From the NCBI GenBank assembly GCA_963668695.2, contig CAXXLQ010000004.1, positions 3,840,001-3,904,000 of the forward strand: a stretch of 64,000 bases of DNA, written 5' to 3'. Of this stretch, positions 10,257 to 20,170 are shown piece by piece. Below the pieces are notes generated by a model that ran no database searches, was not told where the DNA came from, and saw only the letters and a list, made by a program, of their open reading frames with translations. Each line of letters opens with the position of its first letter. The first letter of the stretch is position 1. This stretch comes from Vicinamibacteria bacterium. Its GTDB lineage: Bacteria > Acidobacteriota > Vicinamibacteria > Marinacidobacterales > Marinacidobacteraceae. Made by a program: the position numbers and the translations under genes.

Positions 10257-12290
10257 TCAGCAACCCACGCAGCGGTTGTTGTTTTTCGCCCCGTAGGTCT
10301 CGAGGAGGGCGATGGTCTCCGGGAAGGGGCTGATCCGCTGCACCGGCCCGTTCGCCAGGTCCACCGTGGTCTGCCCGGTCCGGGCGATTGCCAGCGGGTC
10401 GGCGCCCTTCGAGATCAGGTATTCGATCATCTCGTTGTCGCCCCGCGAGGCCGCGTGGTGGATCACGCTGTAGCCGTTGTGGTCACGGGCGTCGGGATCG
10501 GCGCCCAGCTCTTCCACGAGGTACTTCACGGAGGGCATCCAGGCGTCGGGGGCGTGGCGATGCGAGTTCGCGGCCAGCCCGAGCCCGTACCCGACGCCGG
10601 CAGCGGCGTGTACGGGATGGACCCCGGGGCCCCCGTGGAGAACCTCAGGGAGGCCCGAGGGATCTTCCTCAGGCTCTTCCGCCGTCAGGTCGGTCAGCCC
10701 CCGGAGGGTCCGCTCGGGAACCTTGATGGTCGGGATCCCGGGGTCCGCGCCGCGCGCGACCAGCATCTTCATCGCGGGGATGTCGAGCGCGTAGGCCGCG
10801 CGCCAGAAGGCGGTGGCCCCGGCCCGGTTCACCCCGAGCTGGTCGGTGTTGTAGGTGCTGTACCACTGCTTCCGCTCGAGCCGGGAGTTCACGTCCGCCC
10901 CGGCATCGATGAGCGCCTCCATCAACTCGATGTGCGAGGTCTGCTGGCGGAGGTGATCCGCGGGCTGGGGATGGAAGGGTTGCGAAATCCAGCGGGCGTT
11001 GATCGCGCCATACAGCGGAGCGCCGCCGGAGACGTTCTTCAGGTTCGGGTCCGCACCGCGTTTGAGCAGTTCCATTCCGATGTCGTAGTGGCCGTTGATC
11101 GCCGCCATCAGGAGAGGTGTGGTGCGGTGGCCCTCGGCCCGCTGGTTGATGTCGGCCCCACCGTCCATGAGGGCGACGGCGGCTTCCAGATGGCCGTCAC
11201 GAGCGGCGAGCAGCAGAGCCGTCAGGCCGCCGTGCGTCCCGACCAGTTCGGCGTAGCGGAGCGGCTGGAGGCGGTTCCGGTCCCGCTTCCTGCTCGCTCT
11301 GCGCTTCTTTGCCTCTTCGATGGCCTTGGCCCTGACGAGATCGTCCTCGGGATGACCGTGCGCCGCGGCGTGCTCGTCCTCCTCCGCCGCCAATTCCTCC
11401 GCGGTCTTTGCGGTCTTCAGATCAGCAAGGTCCTTCGCAAGGTCCGCAGAACCGGATTTCCCGGTGCCGGCGTCGGCTCCCGTGGAAGCGGTCGCGGGGG
11501 CCTCCTCGATGCGTCCCTTCTCGTTCGCCGCCTTGGCGGCCGCGGCCCGCGCCCGTCGCTGGGCCTCCCGGGCCTTCTTGTCGCGTTCCCGCTCGTCGTA
11601 GATCACGCCCGCTGCGCCCCGTCCCTGGTCGATCCGCGCCTGGCGAGCCCGACGCGCGATGAGATCCCGCTCGGCGCGGGCCGCGACGTCCAGTACCGAA
11701 GCGGTGATCGAGGGATCGGCGCCCGCTTCCAGAAGCGTCGCGACGGCCGCGGTGCGGCCCACGGCGGCCGCGAACATGAGCGGGGTCTGTCCCCACTGCG
11801 GCTCGACGGCGTCGAGGTTGGCGCCATGCTTCCCCAGCACCGTGAGGGTCGGTGTGCTGCCGGAAGCCGCGGCGAAGTGGATCGCCCGGGCTCCGGTTCC
11901 GGTCGGCTCGGCGATCGGGGCGCCGGCCTCGAGGAGGACTTCGGCAACTCCCGCCTGGCCGGCCGCCGCCGCCACGTGCAGCGGCATGTGGCTCCCGAGG
12001 CGCGTGGTGGCGCTGATGTCCGCACCCGCCGCGATCAAGACCTCCGCAACCTCGCGGTTCCCCGTCTTCGCCGCCCAGTGCAGCGCCGTGAACCCGTCGC
12101 CCTGCGCCGCGTTCACGTCCGCGCCCGAGCGCAGCTCCGCCTTCAGCGTCTCCAGGTCACCGCGCTTCGCGGCGTCCAGCACCGGCGCGAGCAGCGCCGC
12201 ATACCCGGCTCCGACCAGCACTCCCAGCACTGCGAGCAGTGCCGCCAGGCCGATCCATCGCTTTTTGATCTTCCGCTTTCCAATCTTCAT
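10257..12290 (-). CDS. Exported ankyrin-repeat protein (copy 2), C-terminal CVGC, with charged insertion
   Basis: Paralog of 4155-5963; 5' ~300 bp nearly identical. Confidence 0.9.
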   Translation of the reverse strand: MKIGKRKIKKRWIGLAALLAVLGVLVGAGYAALLAPVLDAAKRGDLETLKAELRSGADVNAAQGDGFTALHWAAKTGNREVAEVLIAAGADISATTRLGSHMPLHVAAAAGQAGVAEVLLEAGAPIAEPTGTGARAIHFAAASGSTPTLTVLGKHGANLDAVEPQWGQTPLMFAAAVGRTAAVATLLEAGADPSITASVLDVAARAERDLIARRARQARIDQGRGAAGVIYDERERDKKAREAQRRARAAAAKAANEKGRIEEAPATASTGADAGTGKSGSADLAKDLADLKTAKTAEELAAEEDEHAAAHGHPEDDLVRAKAIEEAKKRRASRKRDRNRLQPLRYAELVGTHGGLTALLLAARDGHLEAAVALMDGGADINQRAEGHRTTPLLMAAINGHYDIGMELLKRGADPNLKNVSGGAPLYGAINARWISQPFHPQPADHLRQQTSHIELMEALIDAGADVNSRLERKQWYSTYNTDQLGVNRAGATAFWRAAYALDIPAMKMLVARGADPGIPTIKVPERTLRGLTDLTAEEPEEDPSGLPEVLHGGPGVHPVHAAAGVGYGLGLAANSHRHAPDAWMPSVKYLVEELGADPDARDHNGYSVIHHAASRGDNEMIEYLISKGADPLAIARTGQTTVDLANGPVQRISPFPETIALLETYGAKNNNRCVGC

Positions 12291-12341
12291 GCCGCGTCCC
12301 TCTCTTGGGTCAAAGTCCCTGATGTGGATCCCGCTCCCGGG

Positions 12342-13730
12342 TTACACCGCCTGCGAGAGCGAGAACGCACCCGTGCTGTTCCCGAAGCTCTCCAGATCAT
12401 CCATCCCCAGCTTGTGCAGCAACGTGAGCATCACGTTCGCCAGCGGGGTCCCGGGTTCCGCACGCAGGTGCAGGTTGTTCTCCAGCGCTCCGTTCGCGCC
12501 TCCCGCTACAAAGAACGGAACGCGCTTGTGGTTGTGGATGTTCGGATCTCCCATCGGAGACCCATACAGGATCATCGTCTTGTCCAGCAGCGTCCGATCC
12601 TCTTCCTGGATGCTCCGCAGCTTCTCCATGAAATACGGAATCAGGCTCACGTGATACCGGTTGATCCGGCTCAGGAGTTCCACCCGCTCGTCGTCATTCC
12701 CGTGGTGTGAGGCCGGATGGAACGCCGTCGATTCGCCGCTGTCCGGAAACACCCGGCTCGACGCGTCCCGGCCCAGCTTGAGGCTGAACACCCGCGTCAT
12801 GTCCGACTGGAACGCCAGCGCCTGCAGCTCGAACATGATCTTCACGTGCTCGTCGAACGAGTCCGGAACCCCTGACGGAGCGTTCGGAAGCTCACGAAGC
12901 TCCCCGCTCGTGTTCCGTTCCACGATCCGCTCGATCCGACGCTCCATCTCCCGGACGTCCGTCAGGTACCGGTCCATCCGGCGCAAATCCTGCGGATCCA
13001 GCGCTTCTTGCAGGGTCCGCACCTCTTCACCGATGAAGTCCAGAACGCTCCGGCGAGCCTTCTGCCGCGCCACCCGGCCCTCCGGGGTTCCCCCCGCGCC
13101 GAACAACTGGTCGAACACGATTCGGGGATCCCGTGTCATCGGAAGCGGCTCCGTCGGCGACCCCCAACTGATGGTGTCGGTGTACGCGCAGGCATACCCG
13201 TAAGCGCAACCACCCGCCTGGTCCACCGTCTCGATGCAGAGCTGCATCGAAGGAATCGGCGTGTCCTGGCCGAAACGGTTCGCATACATCTGATCCAGCG
13301 AGGTCCCGGCAAAGACATCGGACCCTTCGGTCTGCCTTGGATGGGACTGGGTCAGGAACGTCGAGCTCGAGCGGAAGTGGTCCCCGCCGATCTCCCGCGC
13401 CGTCTCGGCCTCCGCGGGCTCCACGTCACAGTCGCTCACGACCGTGACGTAGTCCCGGACCGGCTCCAGGGAGCTGAGCGCACCCTTCGACAGATCGAAG
13501 TCCGCGCCCTCTTTCTCCGGAGACCACAGGTGCTGCTCACGACCGTACTTGTTGCTGCCCGCCGCCCCGTGGACGATCTCCACCGCCACGAGCCGCGTCG
13601 GATCCTCCGCCGTCGGCTTCGCGATCACGCTCGCCGGAACCATCGCGTCCAAAAACGGCAACGCGACCGTGGCCCCCGCTCCCCGCAGGAACGTACGGCG
13701 TGGAAGGCTCTTGCCGGTCAGGTAGTTCAT
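12342..13730 (-). CDS. DUF1552 domain protein (copy 2), Tat signal
   Basis: 462 aa, closely similar to 6015-7403. Confidence 0.9.
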   Translation of the reverse strand: MNYLTGKSLPRRTFLRGAGATVALPFLDAMVPASVIAKPTAEDPTRLVAVEIVHGAAGSNKYGREQHLWSPEKEGADFDLSKGALSSLEPVRDYVTVVSDCDVEPAEAETAREIGGDHFRSSSTFLTQSHPRQTEGSDVFAGTSLDQMYANRFGQDTPIPSMQLCIETVDQAGGCAYGYACAYTDTISWGSPTEPLPMTRDPRIVFDQLFGAGGTPEGRVARQKARRSVLDFIGEEVRTLQEALDPQDLRRMDRYLTDVREMERRIERIVERNTSGELRELPNAPSGVPDSFDEHVKIMFELQALAFQSDMTRVFSLKLGRDASSRVFPDSGESTAFHPASHHGNDDERVELLSRINRYHVSLIPYFMEKLRSIQEEDRTLLDKTMILYGSPMGDPNIHNHKRVPFFVAGGANGALENNLHLRAEPGTPLANVMLTLLHKLGMDDLESFGNSTGAFSLSQAV

Positions 13731-13813
13731 CGCTGTCTCCTTGTGGTCAGACTGACTTTCTCTCTTGGCTTTCTCGTTTTGACTCTTCTCGGTTTGATTC
13801 TCTGTAGGGCTTC

Positions 13814-16387
13814 CTAATGCTCCGCGGCATGCTCCGCGGCGAGCGTCGTCTCCGTCTCGGCTTCGACCCCGCCCTTCATCTGGAAGGCCGGACTCGTCGC
13901 CACCCCCAGGATGAACGAAGACATCCGGTAGTCCGAAGCCTCCGCTTCCCGAACGATCTCCCGGATCAGCGGCTGGTCGTAATACTCCACCCGCCGACCC
14001 AGCGCATACGCCATCAGGTTCTCCGTGAATGTCCGCAGCAGCGGCGTCGGACGCTTCAACAGCGCCTCCCGCAGGTCCCCGATGTCACGGATCGGAGTCC
14101 CGTCGTAGAACTCGCCCGACGCGTCGATCGGCTGGCCCGCGTCCTTCACCCGAATCCGCCCAGTCACGTCGAATTGCTCCAGGGCCAACCCGATCGGATC
14201 CATCATCCGGTGGCACGAACGGCACGCCGGGTTGTCCCGGTGGATCTCGAGGGCTTGGCGGGCGGTGAGTTTGCGGACCGTCTCGCCTGACTCCCCGGCA
14301 TCCAGGTCCGGAACGTTCGGAGGCGGAGGTGGCGGCGGACTCCCGAGCAGCACCTCCATCACCCACTTCCCACGAAGCACCGCCGACGTCCGATACGGAT
14401 GGGACGTCAGCGTCAGCATGCTCCCGTGGGCGAAGATCCCACGCCGGTTCGGATTCTGATACCGCACCAGACGGTGCTCCGGACCGGCAACCCCCTCCAT
14501 CCCGTAGTGGTCGGCCAGGTTGTCGTTCACGAACGTGTAGTCCGCCGTGAACAGGTCGAAGACGCTCTTGTCCTCGGACACCAGGTGATGGAAGAACCGC
14601 TCCGTCTCCTCCACCATCGCCAACTTCAACTGCTGGTAGAAGTCCGGATACAACCGAACGTTCGGGTTGATCTTCTCCAGATCCTGCAACCGGAACCATT
14701 GATGCGCGAACCGCTTCGCCAGCGCTTCCGAGCGCGGGTCCGCGAGCATCCGACGAACCTGCGTCTCGAACACCGCAGGATCCGACAACTGCCCCGCCTC
14801 GGCCGCATCGAGCAGCTCGTGGTCGGGGATCGTCCCCCACAGGAAGAACGACAGGCGCGACGCCAGGTCGGTATCCGTCAGTCGGTACCCGAACTCCGCC
14901 TCCCGCGGGTCCAGGGGCTCTTCGATCCGGAACACGAAGTTGGGGCTCGCGAGCATTCCCTCGATCCCCATCCGGATCCCTTCCTCGAAGCCGACGCTCG
15001 CGGCCCCCATGTCATAGAGCGACATCAGCGCCTTGAGGTTGCGCTCGGTCAGATTCCGCCGATACGCGAGACGCCCGAGCCGCGACAGGATCTTCTCGGC
15101 ACAGGGGCCCGCCTCTTCCGCCGAGAGCGGCCGGCAGGTGAAGATCGCCTCGCGGCTCGGGGTCTCCGACACCCCGGTCGCGTCGAAGGGCCCCGTAATG
15201 ATCAGATCCCGCAAGTGGGGTACGTTGTGGATGCCGTAGGTCCTCGACGTCGCGGTGCTGGCAAGTGACCAGTCGTGGGGGGAGATCAGGTCGAGGACCG
15301 GTCCCTCGTAGTGCTTCAGGAAAACCGCGGCCACCTTGCGCGGGCCACCCCGCACGAAGACCGGTTCGCTCCGCAGATTGACCCCGTCGGGGTCGGAAAC
15401 GTGCATCCAGCGACCGACGTCCAGGAGCGCGAGCCGCTCACCGTCGATCGAGATCTCGACCTGCTCCGGAGTGTCGACCGTGTGAAGCGAACTCGATCCC
15501 GAGCCGACAATGGCGCCGGTCGTCTCGTGGTGGAAGGCCACCCGGAACCGATACGCGCCGTCCGCCGGGAATACGTGGTCCACGACGATTCCGCCCCGCG
15601 TTCCGTAGGGAGCTCCCTCGACCAGATCCAACTGGGCAGCCCAGCGGGACACGTGGTAGCCGGACTCCGCGGCCACCGCGTCAGGGTCCCCGACCGCGAG
15701 ATGACTGATATCGCTGGCCGCCCGCAGGTAGGAGTCCATGAGCGTCGCAGACAGCAACTGGACGTCCGCGATGTTGTCGAAGTTCGCGCTGATCGTGTCC
15801 TGCGGGAGGTATTTGGCCCCATCCAGCGGGAGGTCCAACAGGTCCCCGATCGCCGCGGTGTATTCGGCCCGGTTCAAGCGCTGGAAGGAGCGGCGCCCGG
15901 GATTCGGGTTTTCCTCGGCGCTCGCGTCAAGCTGGGTCTCGAGCGACTCCGCGACCTCGCCAAGCAGGTCCTCCGCCGGCCGCCGGGCCCCCGGCGGCGG
16001 CATCATGCCGAGCCGGAGCTTCGAGACCATCTTCTCCGCGAGGGCCGGGTTCGCGACTGCCTCGCCGGCATCGAACGCGGCAAGCGACATGTTCCCGGTC
16101 TTCATCCGGTCGTTGTGGCAGACCATGCAATAGGTCCGCAGCATTCCGTTGTGCGCGGCGGCCGTCTCCGTGCTTATGGACCCAGTGTTTTTGGACCCAT
16201 CGTTTTTGGACCCACCGGGGGAACTCTCCGGACTCCAGTTCCGGACAGACGCGATGGTAGGCGCCGCCGGCGCGATGGTGGGCGCCGCCGGCTCGAAGCG
16301 CGGCGTCTCCTCGGCATCAGCGGCCGGCGGCAGCAGGTATGCGCCCACGCCGAGGGACCACGCTGCGACGATGGGAATTAGGCGCAT
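13814..16387 (-). CDS. DUF1592-family protein with two CxxCH heme motifs (copy 2)
   Basis: Likely start MRLIPIVAAW (signal peptide); CMVCH and CRSCH; same motifs as copy 1. Confidence 0.88.
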   Translation of the reverse strand: MRLIPIVAAWSLGVGAYLLPPAADAEETPRFEPAAPTIAPAAPTIASVRNWSPESSPGGSKNDGSKNTGSISTETAAAHNGMLRTYCMVCHNDRMKTGNMSLAAFDAGEAVANPALAEKMVSKLRLGMMPPPGARRPAEDLLGEVAESLETQLDASAEENPNPGRRSFQRLNRAEYTAAIGDLLDLPLDGAKYLPQDTISANFDNIADVQLLSATLMDSYLRAASDISHLAVGDPDAVAAESGYHVSRWAAQLDLVEGAPYGTRGGIVVDHVFPADGAYRFRVAFHHETTGAIVGSGSSSLHTVDTPEQVEISIDGERLALLDVGRWMHVSDPDGVNLRSEPVFVRGGPRKVAAVFLKHYEGPVLDLISPHDWSLASTATSRTYGIHNVPHLRDLIITGPFDATGVSETPSREAIFTCRPLSAEEAGPCAEKILSRLGRLAYRRNLTERNLKALMSLYDMGAASVGFEEGIRMGIEGMLASPNFVFRIEEPLDPREAEFGYRLTDTDLASRLSFFLWGTIPDHELLDAAEAGQLSDPAVFETQVRRMLADPRSEALAKRFAHQWFRLQDLEKINPNVRLYPDFYQQLKLAMVEETERFFHHLVSEDKSVFDLFTADYTFVNDNLADHYGMEGVAGPEHRLVRYQNPNRRGIFAHGSMLTLTSHPYRTSAVLRGKWVMEVLLGSPPPPPPPNVPDLDAGESGETVRKLTARQALEIHRDNPACRSCHRMMDPIGLALEQFDVTGRIRVKDAGQPIDASGEFYDGTPIRDIGDLREALLKRPTPLLRTFTENLMAYALGRRVEYYDQPLIREIVREAEASDYRMSSFILGVATSPAFQMKGGVEAETETTLAAEHAAEH

Positions 16388-16670
16388 GGGACGTTTTGCC
16401 GGACGTGGCGAGGCGGTGTTTCCGCCCCCGAATACGCTCCGGCCCAATTGGAAGAGGATAGTGGCGAGCGACCCCCGATGCAAGCAGCGGAAACCCGTTC
16501 CGGGGCGTTCGGCGGAGGCGCCCAGCGGCCCCCGCAGCGCGTCGGATCAGCCCGGAATCCGGCGATTCTCTTCGCAGGCCACGGAGCGCGGTCGCGTGAT
16601 CGCGGCGGAGTCCGGAGCCTGCTTCCGAGACCTTGCGGAGCTGGAGCGGGGCGGGGTCGGTCGATCGGAG

Positions 16671-16694
16671 TATGGTATTATGGTATTGGTATGG
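16671..16694 (+). promoter_or_regulatory. Extended -10 (TGnTATTAT) with tandem tggtat repeats; probable antitoxin operator
   Basis: tatggtattatggtattggtatgg overlapping ATG 16691. Confidence 0.6.
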
Positions 16695-16966
16695 TCAAGG
16701 TTACCTACTCGCTTGACGACGCCACGGTGCGCCGGATCCGCACCATCGCGGGCCGACTCGGCATTCCCCAGAGCCAGATGGTGCGGGAGGCCGTCGCCGA
16801 CTATGCGGCACGCAAGGATCGGCTGAGCGAGGCCGAGCGCCTCCGCATGCTGGAAGTGCTGTATCGCCTGCGCGACACGCCACCCCGCCGGTCCCGAGCG
16901 GAGGTGGAGGCGGAGCTGAGGGAAATCCGCGATGCGCGGCGCCGGGGCTGGCGGCCGGAGCGGTGA
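16691..16966 (+). CDS. vapB: Ribbon-helix-helix antitoxin
   Basis: MVKVTYSLDD...SQMVREAV RHH pattern; GTGA overlap with the PIN gene. Confidence 0.75.
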   Translation: MVKVTYSLDDATVRRIRTIAGRLGIPQSQMVREAVADYAARKDRLSEAERLRMLEVLYRLRDTPPRRSRAEVEAELREIRDARRRGWRPER

Positions 16967-17337
16967 TCGTCCATCTCGACACCTCGGCGCTCGTGGACGC
17001 GCTGGCCGGCCAGAGGTCCTCGCTCACACGGCTCATCGCTCTCGTGGACGCGGGACACCGCCTGAACATTTCCGCCCCCGTCCTCTACGAGTGGCTACGG
17101 GGACCCAGAACTCTCGACGAATTAAGGGATCAGGAGGCGCTTCTGCCTCGCCGCGCTGCCGTCCCTTTCGATACCGACGCCGCGGCGGCCGCGGCCGATC
17201 TCTATTCCGGACTCGGGAGGGCGCGCGGCCGCGAAACGGACCTGGCGGTCGCGGCGTGTGCGATCACGCAGGACGCCGCGCTCTGGTCCCTGAATGAGGA
17301 GGATTTCCAGGACATTCCCGGCCTCAACCTGGTGTAG
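16963..17337 (+). CDS. vapC: PIN-domain VapC toxin
   Basis: HLDTSALVD, LYEWLRG, DLAVAACA, WSLNEEDF motifs. Confidence 0.88.
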   Translation: MIVHLDTSALVDALAGQRSSLTRLIALVDAGHRLNISAPVLYEWLRGPRTLDELRDQEALLPRRAAVPFDTDAAAAAADLYSGLGRARGRETDLAVAACAITQDAALWSLNEEDFQDIPGLNLV

Positions 17338-17385
17338 CCGGCCGGCGCCCGACGACCGAATTCGTCCGGATCGGTCGGTTTCCCG

Positions 17386-18183
17386 CTACGGGAACTCGAG
17401 ATCGCAGAGGACCGGCGCGTGGTCGGAGGGAATGTCCTCACCCTTCCGCTGACGCCGCTCGTCCCGGTCTACCCGGACCGATCCGATCCGACCGGCGAGA
17501 GGACCGGTCAGATAGATGTGATCGATGCGGGCGCCGACGTTCCTGGCGAAGGCCAGGCGGGTGTAGTCCCACCAGGTGTAGAGGCCCTTTTCCGGTTCCG
17601 CCCCCTCCGCGTAGACCGTTCGATAGGCATCGGACAGTCCCCACGCGGCAACGCCTCGGAGCGCCGTGCGGGCGTCCGGGTGGCAGAGCACCCCTCCCGG
17701 GTCCGCCACCGCGGCGTCTTGGTCCTTCGGGGCCACGTTGAAGTCTCCGCAGAGGATGAGCGGCTCCGCGGGATCCGCGTTGCCGGCAAGATGGTCCCGG
17801 AGCGCTCCGAGCCATTCCAGCTTGTACTTCCAGTCGTCGGTGCGGCTCACCGCCTTCCCGTTCGGTACGTAGGCGGTGATCACCCGGCATCCCGCCGCGC
17901 GGACGTCCAGCAGGCGCGCCTCGCCGCGCTCCCGGCACGGAGGAAGGCCGCGCTCCAGAACCTCCAGAGACTCGCGGGCGAGGATGGCCACCCCGTTCCT
18001 CGCGGCCTGGGCGTGCACGACGGCCCGGTAGCCGGCAGCCTCGATATCCAGCCAGGGGAAGGCCTCCGCGGGAGCGCGAAGCTCCTGGAGACAGAGGATG
18101 TCGGGCTCGTGTCTTGCGAGCAGACGGAGCAGGCGAGGCCGGCGCGTCCGGATCGAATTCAGGTTCCAGGTAATGACGCGCAA
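17386..18183 (-). CDS. xth: Exodeoxyribonuclease III
   Basis: TWNLNSIR, LCLQE, YVPNG, GDFNVAP, YTWWDY, RIDH, SDHAP motifs. Confidence 0.95.
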   Translation of the reverse strand: MRVITWNLNSIRTRRPRLLRLLARHEPDILCLQELRAPAEAFPWLDIEAAGYRAVVHAQAARNGVAILARESLEVLERGLPPCRERGEARLLDVRAAGCRVITAYVPNGKAVSRTDDWKYKLEWLGALRDHLAGNADPAEPLILCGDFNVAPKDQDAAVADPGGVLCHPDARTALRGVAAWGLSDAYRTVYAEGAEPEKGLYTWWDYTRLAFARNVGARIDHIYLTGPLAGRIGSVRVDRDERRQRKGEDIPSDHAPVLCDLEFP

Positions 18184-18247
18184 CGAGACAACCGGGCCGG
18201 ATCATAGACGGCCCTCAGCCCCTACACTTGGCACCCGCCGACCCCGC

Positions 18248-18496
18248 ATGAAAGCCTTCTTTCCGATGCCGCCGCGCGAGCGCGTCGCGCTCTTCGCCCT
18301 GGTCGCCTTCTCGACGATCGCCTTCCTGCCGGTGTTCGGAGAAACGTCGGTGCTCGGCGTCGCGGTCTTCGGTTGGCTGATGGCGGTGCTGCTGCTCGGA
18401 TCGCCGGCGATGCTTCTCCTGTTGCTCCTTGCCGAGCCGGACAGGGGAAGCGGCCAGGAGAATCACGAATCGGCGGAACTCCGCCCGGATCCATGA
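18248..18496 (+). CDS. Small two-TM membrane protein, probable SSS accessory subunit
   Basis: Two hydrophobic segments; ATGA overlap with the SSS gene. Confidence 0.6.
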   Translation: MKAFFPMPPRERVALFALVAFSTIAFLPVFGETSVLGVAVFGWLMAVLLLGSPAMLLLLLLAEPDRGSGQENHESAELRPDP

Positions 18497-19923
18497 TCGA
18501 ACGCTGGCTCGTCCTCGCCTACCTGCTGGTATGCGTGGTGGTCGGCGCGCTGGCCACCCGCCGCGTGCTCGGCTCGGCGGACGAGTACTGGGTGGCCGGG
18601 CGCCGCGTCGGGACGGGGGTCAACGCGCTCGCAATCATGGCGAGCCTGGCAAGCGGCGGCTCGCTGATCGGAGTGTTGGGCCTTGCCTACCGGGACGGCA
18701 TTCCCGCAACGCTCGCGCTGTTCGCAGGGGCGGTGGTCGGGTTTCCGCTCGCCACCATCCTGGTCGCCGCGCCGCTTCGCCGACTGGCGAAATTCACGAT
18801 CACCGACTTCATGGTTTTCCGCTACCCCCACGGACTGGTGCGGGCGCTGGTCCCGGCGATCATCGTGGTGTCGCTGACCGTCTACATGGTGGCCCAGATG
18901 AAGGCCGCCGGGATCACCGCCGAGGCCCTGCTGGGCGTGGACTACGGGACCGCGATCACCGTCGCCACCCTCGTGTTCGTCCTCTACGTGTCCTTCGGCG
19001 GAATGGTTGCCGTAACGGTCACCGACGTGATGCAGGGGGCTTTGTTGTTCCTCCTGATGGGGGCTACCGCCGTCATCCTGGCGCTTTCCGCGGGCTCGCC
19101 GTTCGCGTCGCTCCAGGCGGCGACCGCGGCCTCCCCGGCCTTCGGACAGCTCCCCCCGGGGGGATCCGGCTACCTGAGCTACTTCGTGATCTGGGCTTCG
19201 GCGATTCCGGTGATCCCCCACATCGTGATGCGGGTGGCCACCGCCCGGAATCCGCAAAGCGCCCGGGTCTCGCTGAACCTGGCGACGGCCATGTACGGCG
19301 TGATGATCCTGGCGGCGATCCTGCTCATCGCCCCGGTGGGGATCCTCGAATTCCCCGGGCTGACCGACCCGGATCAGGTGTTCCTGCGCATCGTGGGCGA
19401 TCACTTTCCCCCGGTGCTGCGCGGGCTTGCGGTGGCGGCGGTGCTGGCGGCGGTGATGTCCACCACCGATGCCTTCCTGCTGGCGGTGAGTTCCGCGGTC
19501 GCCCACGACTTGCTGGGCGGCTACCTGTCCCGGAAGAGCAAACGAGCGCAGGCCGCCGCCCGCCTCGGAACCACCTGGCTCGTGGGGGCCGCGGCGCTCT
19601 ACTGGGCCTGGTCGCCGCCCGAGTTGCTCACTCAGTTCTATACCGCCGGCGTCGGTCTGCTCTCGGCGGGGCTCTTCGTGCCGGTGGTCTTCGGCATCTG
19701 GTGGCGGCGGGCGAATCTGGTGGGCGGCGTTTTGGCGCTCGTGTCCGGAGTGACCACCTATTCCGTGCTGCTGCTCGCGGGCCCACAGCTCGGAATCGGG
19801 ATCGGTCCCATTCTGCTGGCGCTTCCCGTGAGTCTGTTGGCGATGCTGATCGGCGGGCTGTGGGGCGGACGCGATCCCGCCGAGCGGTTAAGGGCCGTCG
19901 AACGACTCCACGGGGCGCAGTAA
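18493..19923 (+). CDS. Sodium:solute symporter family protein
   Basis: YWVAGRR, GGMVAVTVTDVMQG, PHIVMR, LAAVMST motifs; many TMs. Confidence 0.92.
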   Translation: MIERWLVLAYLLVCVVVGALATRRVLGSADEYWVAGRRVGTGVNALAIMASLASGGSLIGVLGLAYRDGIPATLALFAGAVVGFPLATILVAAPLRRLAKFTITDFMVFRYPHGLVRALVPAIIVVSLTVYMVAQMKAAGITAEALLGVDYGTAITVATLVFVLYVSFGGMVAVTVTDVMQGALLFLLMGATAVILALSAGSPFASLQAATAASPAFGQLPPGGSGYLSYFVIWASAIPVIPHIVMRVATARNPQSARVSLNLATAMYGVMILAAILLIAPVGILEFPGLTDPDQVFLRIVGDHFPPVLRGLAVAAVLAAVMSTTDAFLLAVSSAVAHDLLGGYLSRKSKRAQAAARLGTTWLVGAAALYWAWSPPELLTQFYTAGVGLLSAGLFVPVVFGIWWRRANLVGGVLALVSGVTTYSVLLLAGPQLGIGIGPILLALPVSLLAMLIGGLWGGRDPAERLRAVERLHGAQ

Positions 19924-19927
19924 GGGT

Positions 19928-20166
19928 TAACAGCCTGTGGTGAAACCCGCGCGGCCCAGTTCTCCCGGTGGGGGCTCGGCCGGCGATCCATCCCGGCTGA
20001 ACCACTCCGCTTCGCTGCGTTCTGCGTTGCGTTTCGGTCGAAATACACCGGGTATTCCTCCCTCACGCGCCTTGTCAGCCGGGCCCCCACCGGGAGGACT
20101 GGCCCCACCGGGAGAACTGGGCCTCACCGGCCTCGGCGCTCACCCGGGTTCCACCACAGGCTGTTA
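19928..20166. mobile_element. MITE-like element, full length, with three micro-inserts
   Basis: ta-acagcctgtggtgaaaccc ... gggttccaccacaggctgt-ta inverted ends with TA flanks. Confidence 0.85.
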
Positions 20167-20170
20167 GACG

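Noticed and set aside
4155-16387. Diversity-generating retroelement TR/VR pair
   Set aside because: The duplication covers whole genes, I saw no adenine-restricted mismatch pattern, and no RT is present
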